Made by a program: the position numbers and the translations under genes. Source: Octopus sinensis (taxonomy: Eukaryota). Taken from it: 64,000 bases of DNA. A model generated the notes under the pieces. The model had not been told where the DNA came from, ran no database searches, and was given only the letters and a program-made list of their open reading frames with translations. Positions within the stretch are counted from its first letter, which is position 1. The number at the start of each line of letters is the position of its first letter. Below are positions 13,296 through 26,539 of this stretch, piece by piece. The DNA lies in assembly GCF_006345805.1 (NCBI RefSeq), contig NC_043009.1, positions 55,242,001 to 55,306,000 of the forward strand, written 5' to 3'.

Positions 13296-13939
13296 CCCTG
13301 AAGAATGAAGAATAATATTGACATTGGTGTGATTTAAACTCAGAAATCAAAAAACTGAGATAAATACCAGCAAGGCATCCTGTCCAAAACTCAAACAATT
13401 TTGCCAATCCACAGACCTGGACTGACACTTTATTTATTGACACAATAAAGATAAAAATTAAAGTTGACATTGGTGTGATTTGAACAAGGAACAGATCAAC
13501 ACCACAAGGTTTTTTTTTTTACCTTATGTTCTAACAACTCTGCCAATTTGCCTTGCCACCTTTGTTTGCTTTTTGTTTGTTTTTTTTTAAATTTTATATT
13601 GATTTTTCCAAAGTGTGAGTGTTTCCACAAATATTCTACAAATGGATAAACAGTCACAGCAGGTGTTTCACAGCCTTCTCCCAGTGATGAAGTGGGACAA
13701 GTAGTCATTCATCAGTCAGCGGTTAGAATTAACTGAGCTGTCTGTCTGTTCATTCATCTGGTCATTCATTCATTTATTTATTCTTGTTCAATCAATATAC
13801 AACTAAAATAGGACTGGAGTATGTTATAGATCTGCTATTGACTATTTACTTACTCTCCCACGCAAAACTGATTTGTACTTGGTTTGATTGAGTCATGTCT
13901 TTCACTACAGATTCTTATGACCTCACTTGAAAATCTTTA

Positions 13940-14167
13940 TGACGTGGCACGAAAAAAGCACCGTCTGGCACCTGTGCCGGTGGCACGTAAAAGGCACCCA
14001 CTACACTCACGGAGTGGTTGGCGTTAGGAAGGGCATCCAACTGTAGAAACATTGCCAGATAAGACTGGGCCTGGTGCAGCCTTCTGGCTTCCCAAACCCC
14101 AGTTGAACCGTCCAACCCATGCTAGCATGGAAAGCGGATGCTAAATGATGATGATGATGATGATGAT
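13940..14167 (+). mobile_element. Young RTE-LINE 3'-UTR/tail copy
   Basis: Nearly identical to 13111-13295, with extra AAAAGCACC repeat units and a (GAT)n tail. Confidence 0.8.
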
Positions 14168-14214
14168 CACTTAACTTTGAAAGACATTAAATTAATATTA
14201 TTATAGTATATGCC

Positions 14215-15165
14215 ACTGAGGTCAGCTTTGCATTTCATCCCTTCAGGGTCAATGAAATAAGTACCAATTGAGTACTGGAGTCGATGTAATTGACTATTCC
14301 CTTCCACCAAAATTTCAAGCTTTGTGCCTACAGTGGAAAGGATAAGACTGTGAGCTTGGTAGAATCATTAACACACTAGACAGAGTGCTTAGTGGCATTT
14401 TTTCTGTTTTTATGTTCTGCGTTCAAACTCCATCAATGTAATCATCTTGCCCTAACCGCCACCAACATTTCAGGCCTTTTGCCTATTGCAGAAAAAATTA
14501 TAGTTATTATAATTGCCTCTGCCACTGAGATTGATTTTTACCTTTCACCCTTTCAAGATCAATAAAGTAAGCACTAGTTGAACACTGAGTTCAATGTAAT
14601 TGACTAAGCTCCACTCACAAAACTTTAGGCTTTATGCCTACAGTTGGAAAGATTATTATAAATATTATGCCAAAATTAGAAAGTATTATTATTATTACTA
14701 CTATCATTGTTGAAGGTGGCAAGCTGGCAGGATTGTTAGCACACTAGACAAAATACTAAGAGGTATTTTGCCAGTCACTACATTCAGAGTCTAAATTCCA
14801 CCAATGTCGACTTAACCTTTCGGGGGGTTGATAAATTAAGCACCAGAGAAACACTGGGGTCGATGTAATCATCTAGTCCCCTCCCCCACAATTTCAGGCC
14901 ATGTGCCTAGAGTAGAAAGGATTATTGTTATCATTGTTAAGGTGGTGAGCTAGCAGAATGGTTAGCATCCGGACAACATGCTTAGCAGTATTTTGTCCAT
15001 CTCTACATTCTGTGTTCAAATTCCACCAACATCAACTTTGCTTTACATCCTTTCAGGGTCAATAAAATAAGTCACAAATGAGTACTAGGTTCAATATAAT
15101 CAACCTACTTCCCCCACTAAATTTGCTGGCTTTGAACTAAAATTTGAAACTATTATTATTATCAT
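14215..15165 (+). mobile_element. Head-to-tail cluster of about 5 older SINE family A-related copies
   Basis: Repeated core TTTGCCTTTCATCC(T)TTC.GGGTCAATAAAATAAGTACCAGTTG...GGGTCGATGTAAT with (ATT)n-like tails, all in the same orientation. Confidence 0.75.
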
Positions 15166-15447
15166 TGTTAAAAGTTCCCTGTCAATCCTGATCCATCAGA
15201 TCAATGACCTTCCAGCTGTGATCATCTCATAATTTTCTTGGGAATTGTAAATTAGGACTACATTGTCCTCTGAGTTCTCCCTTCTGATGGAAGATCAGGT
15301 GTGTCAAACATACAAACCAAAGTAGTGATTAATCTGACCCTCAACTCAATTTTGTAAACAAAAATCTATTAAATATGTATTACTAGCATGCGTTCAGAGT
15401 TATAATTTATATTCAACCCTTTAGCCATTTATTTTGGCCTACATTAA

Positions 15448-15656
15448 CCCTTTCGTTACCAACCAGCTCTGGCTCTAAGTACAAATGTCTTGTTTTCATA
15501 AGTTCTGAATTAAAATCTTCCACCAAACCTTAGTCACAATTTATGTTCCTAACACTAGCTGAATGATAACTAAGTTATTTTACTAAATTCTTTGTTATAT
15601 TTAAAGTAACTGAAAGAAACACAGAGCATCTCAAAATAAATATAGTAATGAAAGGG
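15448..15656. mobile_element. piggyBac-type MITE family 2
   Basis: TTAA|CCCTTTCGTTAC...GTAATGAAAGGG|TTAA. Further copies at 26309-26532 and 56643-56855. Confidence 0.9.
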
Positions 15657-15786
15657 TTAAGCATATGTTTTGTTTTTTGGGGGTGGGTGGGGGAAATTTT
15701 CTCTATCCAGCAAGATGTAGTTTATGTTGCAATCCAGCCTGCAAAGTCAAACCATTTTTACATCCTGTGGTCAACTGATATTTGAG

Positions 15787-16088
15787 GAACTACGATCATT
15801 CTGGGGCACTGCCCTGAAGGGCTTAGTCAAACAAATCAAAGCCAGTGTTTATTTTTAGAGCTTCATATCCCTAGCAGCCTCTTTTACCGAACTACTTGGT
15901 TAGTGGGATATAGACAAACACCAGTTGTCATGTGGTAAAGGATAAATGCAAACACATATGTAGACACTCACACACATGGCAGTCTTCCACTAGTCTACTA
16001 AATTCATTCACAAGGCATTTGTTTGCATGGAGCAATAGCAGAAAATACTTGACCAAGGTGCCATGCAGTGAGACTGAACCTGAAACTA
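15787..16088 (-). mobile_element. SINE family B internal segment (right arm of an inverted pair)
   Basis: Reverse complement closely matches 12513-12814, including non-consensus bases. Lacks the family head and tail. Confidence 0.8.
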
Positions 16089-16138
16089 CTCATAGACAAG
16101 GCAAACCACCATATAAGATTCTCTGGTTAGCTTGTAAG

Positions 16139-16376
16139 CATCCTATTTCTTTACTACCCACAAGGGGCTAAACACAGAGGGGACAAACGAGGACAGACAA
16201 ACGGATTAAGTCGATTACATTGACCCCAGTGCATAACTGGTACTTAATTTATCGACCCCGATAGGATGAAAGGCAAAGTCGACCTCAGCGGAATCTGAAC
16301 TCAGAACATAACAGCAGACGAAATACTGCAAAGAATTTTGCCCGGTGTGCTAACGTTTCTGCCAGCTCACTGCCTT
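16139..16376 (-). mobile_element. tRNA-derived SINE family A with TSD
   Basis: Full head (GGCAGTGAGCTGGCAGAAACGTTAGCAC...GAGTTCAGATTCC) and tail. 13-bp TSD GTTAGCTTGTAAG at 16126-16138 and 16377-16389. Confidence 0.9.
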
Positions 16377-17522
16377 GTTAGCTTGTAAGTAGAGTTAGGA
16401 TGGAGTCTTAGTTTTTATAACATTTCATTATATTATTGAGAAACGTCTAAGGGAACGTCAGGCAGGTATAGGTTTAGCATTAAATCATTAATGAAATATT
16501 AATTGCTGTAGTACTCACACAAGCTGCCTAATTTGGTAAGCTCTATCATTGTACATTGAAAGCTGAATATCTAAATGTCTTATAAATAAACATGGTTCAA
16601 GCTGAACATCAACAACATTGAATTCACCAACCTGGGAATGCTTTCAAGCATAGGTTTGTTGTTTTATCTGTTTGATTTGCAACCAGGATGTTTCGAGTTC
16701 AATCTCAATGCTTGGTGCTTTGGACAAGCATCTTCTTTTATAGCCCCAGGTTGGCTAATCAACGTCTAGTGAATGGAATTTGGAAGATAAAGATTTTGCA
16801 ACACAATATCATCAACATCATCATCATTTTACTGTCCAATTTTCCATGCTTGCATGGGTCGTAAAATCTGTTAAGGCAGATTTTTCTACATCCAGATACT
16901 CTCCCTGTCACTAACCCTCATCTATTTTCACGCATGTTAATATTTGCCCTAGTCCTTCAGACATGATTGACATAATGGTCAAACACGTTTTCACGAAAGT
17001 TTGCAAACAAATGTCAGTAACAATTGATACTTAGCATACAATACTGAGACAAGGATAAACATACACTCATGTGAGCTTCTTCCATTTTCCAGATCCACTC
17101 ACAAAGCTTTTGGTCAACCAGTGGGGGTGAGGAGATAGCGGGAGACACATGCTAAAGTGTCATGCAGTCAGACTAAACCTAAAACTTTGCAGTTGCAGAG
17201 TGAACTTCTTAACTACAGAACCATGTTTGCACATACATACATGCATAGATGTTGTGTGTGTAAAGTGGCTGGCATTAGAAGGCATTCAACCATAAGAACC
17301 ATGTCAAAGCAGACACTGGAGCATTATATAGTCATCTGACTTGTCAGATCTTGCCAAACCAGTCAACCTAGCAGCCCATGCCATCATGGGAAACATACAA
17401 AAAGATGATGAAGATGGCATGACTTTCACCAAAGTAAATCACCGTAAGATGTAAACAGCAGCAAGAAGAAAGAAAAAAAATAATTTCAAATAAAAATTCT
17501 GAGTATATTTGTTCTGAGTGAG

Positions 17523-17563
<41 letters not shown>

Positions 17564-18307
17564 TACAATCCCCTGTCACTCTCTATGCCATCATTAAATT
17601 CAGTGAACTATAGTGATTGGTTTGTGGGAAACTTGAAACCAACAATGCTTATTGTTCACCAAATAGGATATAAAATAAAAACAATAAATAACTATACAAC
17701 TAATTACAAAAAAAAAAAGAACAAAAAACACCACCATTACACATTACTTCATTTGAATCAACTTGCCTAGTTAAATATAAGTGCTGCAACCATTTCCTGG
17801 TTCAGTAGTTGGCTAATGGTAGTAAGAGCATCCAACCATAAAATACACATGTTTTGATAATAAGAATACATCTAAGTTTACAAAATTATTATTTATTAAA
17901 ATGTAATGAAATATTTTTTTAAAAAACACTACTGTAACATCAATCCACTTAAACTAAATTTTATAAATGAATACTACACAAAACAACTGAACTCTGTTAG
18001 TGTTACCGTAAAACAAAATTAAAACATGAATAGAAATATATATATATGTAAGTTAACGACATCTAATTAACATAATGTATCAGCTAAGTTAATTATTCCG
18101 TTTAATTATTGAATCATCAGAAAATGCATGCTCCAGCAATTTACAAATGTCTAACAATTTGCAAAAGAAAAGACAAAAAGAACACTCCACTCAAACTAAA
18201 ATGAAATAGTACAAAAATTTATTTTTTTTAAATGTATATAAAACACACATTTCCTGAAACGTGGGTGTTGCATGCCAATGCTAGTCATTTTTGTTGTTAT
18301 TACTATT

Positions 18308-18850
18308 AAGGTGGTGAGCTGGCAGAATTGTTAGCTCACTGGGCAAAATGCTTAGTGGTATTGTGTTCATTTTTACGTTCTGAGTTCAAATTCCGATGCG
18401 GTTGACTTTGCCTTTCATCCTTTCGAGGTCAATAAATTATCTACCAGTGAAACACAAGGGTTAATGTAATTGATTGGTCCCCTATCCATAAATTTCAAGT
18501 CATGTGCTTTTAGTAAAAAGGATTATCATTATTTAAGGCGGTATACTAGCAGAATCATTAACACGCAGGACAAAATGCTTAGCAGCATTTCATCTGTCTT
18601 TACATTCTGAGTTCAATTCCAAGGTCAACTTTGCCTTTCATCCTTTCAGAGTTGATACACTAAATACCAGTTGACTACTGGGGTCCACGTAATTGACTTA
18701 CCCCTCCCTGAAGTTGGTGGCCCTGTGCCAAAATTCGAAACTATTATTATTATGGCGGATAAGCTGAATTAAGGCATCAGAAGAAATACTTTGCTGTTTT
18801 TCTTCTGGCCTCTTAGATTTTGAGTTCAAATCCTACTGAGGCCAACATTA
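18308..18850 (+). mobile_element. Head-to-tail cluster of about 3 SINE family A-related copies
   Basis: Three successive heads (near 18308, 18536 and 18755), each starting in the ATT-rich tail of the previous copy. Confidence 0.7.
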
Positions 18851-19809
18851 TACTTTATGTGTTTAAGCGTGTATCTATGTGTATGTTTTTATGTACTTGT
18901 GTATGTATAGATGATATGTTCACATGTATGTGTGTTTGTGCACGTGTATACTTATGTGCATGTGTTTTGTTCCTGAAAGCTGAATTCAATAAATTAAACA
19001 TTAATGTACAAATGACAAAATAAATAAATAAATAAAACCTTCTCCACAAGTTAACATCCTGTTCTAAGGGCAAATAAGAAATATTTCCTAAATAGGATGT
19101 ATCCTGTTACGAAACATCCTAGTTTGAAACAAGCAATTACTGCATCAGATAACCATCCTGTTGTGACACATCCTATAGTGACACACAATTACTTCAATCA
19201 TTACATGGCAGTCAGCTTCCCAGCCACATGGTTCTATGCATGGGTAAGTGTTTTCTATAATAGCCCTAGGCCAACCAAAGTCTTGTGACTGAATCTGGTA
19301 GACAGAAACTGAAAGAAGTTTGTTAGAATAGCTGTGCAATTCACTCAATGCTTCCAAATCTTAATATATCAAAGAGAGTTTGTGTATGTGTGCATATGTT
19401 CCTTATGGAATCGAAAACTGAGTTGCTGATTTTGACATATGAGGTATCAAAAGATTTAGTAATCTTTCAGCTACCAAATAAACTTTATTTTCATTTACAT
19501 ATCTGCATTACAAAAATTTAACATAATCTTTCTCTAAGTCAACTATTGTAAATGACATTTTATACCACCACCACCACAATGTCACATTTTCTATCTGTGT
19601 GTGTTTGAGAAGTATGTGTGATGGTGTATGTGTATCAGTATACAAACATTTTTGTGGTGACTGACATACATCTAAAGACATGCAGAAGAACGGAGATAGG
19701 TCTGAGGTGTGCATGAATGTATGTGTCTGTCTTAGTATATGTATGTGACTGTACTGCCCAATAGTGAAACGTACCGATTTTGAAAGAGTTTAGTTTAGTT
19801 GTGGCCTGG

Positions 19810-20240
19810 ATTTTGAACAAACAACAGCATTCACTTTGAAGTACCCTTGTTTGAATTTTCCTTTTCATCATGGAGAGTTGCGGTTTAAACAGTTTTAACG
19901 ATTACCACTATTTATGTGCTGAAATATTATTGTGCTTTTCATAATCAACATGAAGATTTGGCTGACTTGATAGCAATCACAACACTTGCAAATGTATTTG
20001 AAAAAAAAATTTTATTCTGGTTATTATAACAAATTCAGAAACTTGGCAAAGTAGAAAACCTTAGCGGCTCTTTCAATATAATTACAGAAAGGTTATTCCA
20101 GTCCTTACAACCAGTTTGAAAATAATCCTTTTTTAAAAGCCTTATCGTTCTTATCGAATTCCTGCTATGCTGCTTTATCAGTGTGAATATTCAATGCCGC
20201 ACAACCTTTTTACTGTTCTACAGCCTATAACCTTACGCAA
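19810..20240 (-). mobile_element. Probable hAT transposase N-terminal relic (TTF zinc finger/DUF4371-like)
   Basis: Frameshifted minus-strand pieces IEYSH..DKAA, DKNDKAFKKGLFSNW and HDEKENSNKGTSK*MLLF resemble the WLEYS..DAA, D.AF...GF.NWK and RGHDES..N.GNF.ELL motifs. Heavily decayed. Confidence 0.45.
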
Positions 20241-20762
20241 TTAAAATATATAGTAAGTGATGTCAAATTAATTTATGTCTTGCTACATACATCCTTCAGC
20301 AAATGTTTTAAATTAATTAACATTCACAACAGCAACATATTCCTTTGTACACACTTTGTTCAGTGTTCATTAAAAAATTGTAAAATAATGAATTATGCCT
20401 TCTGAATTTTCTTGGAGTTTGACTTTCTTCACTTGTGACATTCAATCCTGAACTTTATAACATTTTAGTACATGTTCCAAATAAATGTTGACTTTCTGTA
20501 CTTTGTTACATTGGTGATGCATAGTAATTTTTGCTAAATTGGTGACTTTCCGACACTAGAATATTTCTTTTGGAAATATTCCCTGAAACAATTTTATAGC
20601 ATAACTATGCTACAGAAAGTATGTTTTGCACCTATATTGACTACATTTTGTTTCGTTTGAACTTTGTGTGTGTAGAGTTTGCTGTTTTCAATATTATCAA
20701 TTCTATGAGTGTCTGTGAGTGTGTGTGTTTTCGTGTTTGTTATGCCTATAGTAAACTATACC

Positions 20763-22570
20763 ATTTTACCATTTTAATGAGCCCATATCTAATGAAGTAG
20801 CCATCCTTATGGTAGGTGATCCCCATGAAAATCATGATATTCTCATTCGTGCTTGAGATAATGACCTTTAAAATGTTTCAGAGACTCATCCCTCTTATGA
20901 TGCACTCCAGTATCCTCTTATTCTGTGGAATGGACAAGATGGGTATCATTTCAATACTCCACAGACTGAACCTGCAACAGGAGAGCCAATTACAAACAAA
21001 AAGGTGTCATCAAATGACTTCTATTCTTACCAACTGATGTTAAGACCAAAACAATTAACTCAATTACATATGTATTATGATCTATTTCAGTAATACCTGG
21101 TTGATATATATGCTAACGTTGTGAGTGAGCATCTCTACATTCGTAACAATTAAACAAAGGGCTAGAAATTATGTTTCTCTCCAAGATGCTCTGACGACAG
21201 ATGTTAATATTCAAAACATGGAACAACTTATAATCCTCCCATCATCATTCACAGGTGGTCCTCAATATATGCATGAACGAACACAAGATGCTATGACATA
21301 TGTCAGGACATATGGAAAACCAGATCTTTTTGTCACTTTCACCTGCAATCCTAAATGGGAAGAAATAAAATTTAACCTTCTTCCAGTGCTGCATCTTCTG
21401 GTATTGCAGCTACCCTCCTCAATGGGGGAAGAACTGCTCATTCCATGTTCAAGTTCCCTCTAAACCTTGCAATGAAAGAATCTCAAATGTGCAACATTTC
21501 CAAACACTCTGCAATGGCAACAATTCTCCAACAAACTTATCTCATTGTTTGGGATGAGTGCACTATCATATCGTGGAGCTCCAGAGGTACTCCAAGACAT
21601 AAAAAACAATAGCACGCTCATGGGAGGAATAACAATTCTTCTTGCAGAAGGTTTTTGTCAAACATTGCCAGGTATCCCCTAAAGGATCAAAAGCTAATGA
21701 GGTCAATGCATGCTTCAAACAATCGTACCTTTGGAAACTTGAAAAAACTTCATCTTACAAGCAACATCAGAGTACTTCCACAAGGTGATCATACAAGCTT
21801 CTTAAGATTGAGAATGGGATATTAACATTCAACTCAAGACTTCAGCTATATGAAATTACATGCGGTCAAATGATACTTTCTCTTAGGAATCTTATGGATA
21901 AAGTATTTCTTAATTCATCTGTTAATTACACTGATGTAAACTAGCTTTGTGAAACAGTTACACTAGCTCCAACTAATGAAATGGTTGATGAACTCAATCG
22001 TGGACTTCTTCAAAAGTTAACAGATACATCAGAAGTGACTTTCCGATCAATTGACAGCAGTCAATCAAAATCAGGTTGTTCAATACCCTGTTGAATTTCT
22101 GAACACATTTACACCCACTGGGGTGCCACCACATAACTTGACACTAAGACTGGGTGCTCAGTTATGATGACCCATCTCACTTGTGTAACGGAACTTGCTT
22201 AATTGTTACATCCATGAAGCCCCATGTCCTACAGGCAACAATCATAACAGGTGGTCCTCAGAGTCAATCCCTCAAGGTAGTTGCACTTGATGCTTCTCCC
22301 ATGGCCAACTCTATGTTACTTGCTTGCGAGTTGGAAGCAGCAACAATTTATTCATTTCAGCACCAACAAAAAAAAATTACACAATGAATATTGTTTATCC
22401 TGAGATGCTTCAACATTGACAGATTTTTAGTTTGAAATTCTATTATCATTACAGTTTGGATATTTTTTAATGAAATATAGATATTTTGAAATAATTATGA
22501 GAATGTGTCTTTATATTTACTGAATAAGAACAGCAGTAACCCTGGCAATGCCAGGTCATTCAACTGCTAT
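20763..22570 (+). mobile_element. Internally deleted Helitron (RepHel pseudogene) with 3' hairpin
   Basis: Remnants NEVAILMVGD, HPSYDALQYPL, ILPSSFTGGPQYMHERTQDAMTYVRTYGKPDLFVTFTCNPKWEEI, ASSGIAATLLNGGRTAHSMFKFPL, LIVWDEC, YPVEFLN...PPHNL, LCNGT, SHGQLYV. 3' hairpin CCTGGCA-A-TGCCAGG at 22541-22555. Confidence 0.92.
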
Positions 22571-23505
22571 ATATATATATATACTATATTTGTGTTCATC
22601 TCTATTTTGGATTAAATTCAAAATGGAGACAAACACTGGTATTCTCTCTGATAGGCTTCACAACTTAGGTTTAATCCACAAATAAAGAATCTTTAACCAC
22701 TATTGCAGTGCTGAGCACTCATTCTCATTGTTCAATATTTATGTGTGTTTGTGTGTGTGTGTGTACACACATACACAGATGTGTGAGTGTGTGTATGCTC
22801 GTAGCACCTTGACTTGATATTGTTCGAAATGAGTGTTGCTGTTATATAAGCATCATTCATTTCCAATATTCCATGAAATCATGACTGACCATGGATAAAT
22901 ATTACAGTGTTTAGAAACAGGTGAAGGTTAGCAATAGGAAGAGCATCCTACTGTAGAAAATCTACCTCAATAAACTCCGTCCATCCATGCAAGTACAAAA
23001 ATGTGGATGCTAAAATGATGATGCTAACACATTATTGTGAAACACATCTACTCCAATTACTACAAGGTGTATGATACACCAACTTGAGCAAACTGTGAAC
23101 CTTTATGAGGATCACTCAACCTGCTAGAAAGAGCAGTCAAATATCCTCCAACTCAGACCTACTGAGTTTTAAAAAGGGGTACTTCAGATAATAGAGACCT
23201 ATTATATTTGAATAACAATGGCTGGAATCAAGAAAGATCCTGAACTAAACAATAACAACATACAAACACATCTTCAGTTACTGTATTCTTATGACAGAAT
23301 GACCATAATGTTGTAATGTACATCTATTTTGTTGGTTACCATATTGTTGAGTGTGACATATTCTGTTGTCACACAACTGAATAATCAGTTTTTGTTCTAT
23401 TCCAACACATAATTGCTCTAACAGCTACTATTCTACTGTGACACAGAACAGATGTATCAATCACCATACTGTTACACAAACTGATGACATCATATACTAT
23501 TGTGT

Positions 23506-23707
23506 TGTAACACAGAACTGATCACATCAAATATTATCATATTGTAACACAGAACTAATCATATCAAATACTATCATAATGTAACAGAACTGATCACATC
23601 AAATATTATCATATTGTAACACAGAACTAATCATATCAAATACTATCATAATGTAACAGGACTGATCACATCAAATGTATCATATTGTAACACAGAACTG
23701 ATCATAT
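23506..23707. repeat. 35-37-bp minisatellite with alternating variants
   Basis: About 5.5 units of TGTAAC(AC)AGAACT(G/A)ATCA(C/T)ATCAAATA(T/C)TATCATA(T/A), with more degenerate units on both flanks. Confidence 0.9.
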
Positions 23708-24007
23708 AAGGTACTGTCAGCATTGATGTATCTGTTACCATACTGTGACACTGAACTGCTTGCATCAAATTTAAGGTGCCATGGAGATTCTCCATGCAAA
23801 GAGTTAAGATTTTTAGATTCTAGAGCTACTGTCATGGTTTTCCAGAAGATATCAATATAATGCTCAAACTATCTATTTCTGATTGTATGGTATGAATGAG
23901 GTTGAGAAGCTAGTTTGGACAAACTCATCATACAAGAAAGACTTCTGTTTGAAAGACGTGAAAAGTGATTCCTTGATGAAAGCAGATATATCTAGGAGTA
24001 CAGAAAA

Positions 24008-24240
24008 ACCTATTTCTTTACTACTCACAAGGGGCTAAACACAGAGAGGACAAACAAGGACAGACACACGGATTAAGTTGATTATATCGACCCCAGTGCG
24101 TAACTGGTACTTATTTAATCGACCCCGAAAGGATGAAAGGCAAAGTCAACCTCGGCGGAATTTGAACTCAGAACATAATGGCGGACGAAATACCACAAAG
24201 CATTTCGCCCAACGTGCTAACGTTTCTGCCAGCTCGCCGC
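24008..24240 (-). mobile_element. Young SINE family A with TSD
   Basis: CpG-rich near-consensus copy; TSD CTAGGAGTACA at 23992-24002 and 24241-24251. Confidence 0.9.
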
Positions 24241-24990
24241 CTAGGAGTACACAAATACCTACTAGTTCTTTCAAGGTTCTAGTGTACCTTTTTTTTTATA
24301 CTTAAAGCAAACAGTAGTGAAGGTACATTGCCTAATGGACTGGGTGTTACACTAATGACCTGAAGATCATGGTTTCAGTTCCCAAACCAGGTGGTGCATT
24401 GTGTTGTTGAGCAAAAACACTTCATTTTACACTGTTGCAGTCCACTCAGCTGTAAAAGAGTAACCCTGCAACAGACTGACATCCCATCCAGGGGGAATGT
24501 TGTGATCTTGGTCACTTATACACCATAGAGACTGGGTAACCAGTCCTACAAGTCCTAAGGCTCAAGACAGTAATGTCCAGAGATTAATGACGATGATGAA
24601 ACAAATAGTATCACAGGTGAAACATCCAATGTGATCCTATGAAAAATTCCCACAGCAATAATACTTGTGACTGTGATAAGATAACAGTGCAAGAAAAGAA
24701 TAAGATCTTTGAAAAGCCTGATTGAAAAGTCAAGAATTATTCTCCAGCTGCTTCAATGAAGACTACTGCTCAGTTTTCTAGAATCATGTCTGAGAATCTT
24801 TCATAGCCATTTCTACAGTGCATGAGCCTGATCTACAGCTGAAATCAAAGCTAGGGTTTTGTCTTCTAGTAGTCTGGTTCATATATTATATATGTGCAGA
24901 AGAAACTTCTGTTATGAATGAAGCACAAATATATTTTTATTTGAATTTATATCAACCACATGTTTGAAGTTACACAGTTACACAATTTAA

Positions 24991-25438
24991 CACTTTGGCA
25001 TTTAAACTGGCCATATCCGGCCAAAAATATTCTGCCTGTTTTATGTTCAAACTGGCCAGATCTGGCCTCTCACACCAACCCTACAATATCGCTTTAAAAA
25101 TGAACAGCTACCTCATCAAAATCTCATAACTACAAGATAGTGCCTGATTAGTTCAAAACAATGTGGATAAAAAAAGGATTAACTTTGGCAGAATAATGCG
25201 AACACTAAAGGGTTAAACCGATCACATCCTATCCAAATATCCCAGTATCTACCTGTTTTACATTCAATCTGACTAGATCCAGTCTCTCACACATAGCCTG
25301 CAATGTCATTCTAAAAATAATCACATCATCAAAATCTTGAAGGTACAAGATAATGCATAATCAATTCAAAACAGCATTACTTTTGACAGAGTAAAACCCT
25401 TTTTACTTTTGACAGAGTAATCTGAAAGTTAAAGGGTT
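24991..25438. mobile_element. piggyBac-type MITE family 1 (24991-25212) followed by an older degraded copy
   Basis: TTAA-flanked copy in reverse orientation relative to 3609-3828, directly followed by a diverged copy ending TTAAAGGGTTGA. Confidence 0.75.
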
Positions 25439-26308
25439 GAGCTCAATTTCTAAAGAGATTTTGCATGCACGTGTGTGCACACACACACGCACGCACACAT
25501 CAATGACTGCATGGTAAATTATTTTCAAGTGCAAGCTTGTGTTATGCTACGGCTTCAAAGACCAGTTGAATGAAAGTCTTTTCTTTAAGCAGTTAAGGTG
25601 TCATTATAGGTAATACACTTGGAAGTAACTTCAAAACATTCTGGGGAGAAGAAAGAAAACCAATTTGCTGGGAATCTCAGATAAAAATCATGAGTTCCTT
25701 CAAACATAACTTCATATTCCACAAAGACAAGCAATCAATACTTAAAAGATGCAAAGCCTCATGAACTGTTGGTAGCACATAATTCAGGTTTTTCAGGCTG
25801 AAGTCTACATTTTATACCAATACCAACAATTACAATATTAGTAAATTTAATTGAAGTGTGAATAACCAAAGCTGAAAGTCAACATACTTTCATTTACTAA
25901 ATGTTTCACTGACATATATCTGCAGGTAGGCAGACACTAGGTAGAGATAGTTTATAAGAGTATTTATAGCAACAGTAGCAAGTAGTAACTGCAACATCTT
26001 GTAGAAAGAGAGATTCAACTATTTTTTTTTGTTATTATAACACAACATTATTAACAAATATTATCACAAGTAGTGTCACATTTAACATCCTCCTGTGTCA
26101 CAGAAATGTTTCATAAGTCAACATTCTGTGGTGTCACACATTCAATCAGTTAATTTATATCATTTGTTAAGGTTATATCTACAGATCTTCCACAAACAAC
26201 CTTGCCCGGACTTGTGCCTCGGTGGGTAACTTTGTAGGTGCAATCATGACCAAAGGGGGTCTCAAATCTACAGATCTTATATAAAGATAACCTTAACAAA
26301 TGATTTAA

Positions 26309-26532
26309 CCCTTTTGATACCAACCCGCCTGAAACCGCCTCTGGCTCTGTAGTACAAATGTCTTGTTTTCATAAGTTCTGAATTAAAATCTTCCACCAAA
26401 CCTTAGTCAAAATATATGTTCCCAACACTAGCTGAATGATAACTAAGTTATTTTACTAAATCCTTTGTTGTTTTTTTAAAATTAATTGAATGAAACACAG
26501 AGCACCTCAAAATAAATACGGTAACGAAAGGG
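26309..26532. mobile_element. piggyBac-type MITE family 2
   Basis: TTAA at 26305-26308 and 26533-26536; CCCTTT...AAAGGG ends; highly similar to 15448-15656. Confidence 0.9.
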
Positions 26533-26539
26533 TTAATAG

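Noticed and set aside
13046-14115. Three near-identical 66-67-aa ORFs (MD.STGVWEARRLHQAQS..., third copy at 34031-34231)
   Set aside because: Antisense translations of the same retroelement tail, not a peptide gene family.
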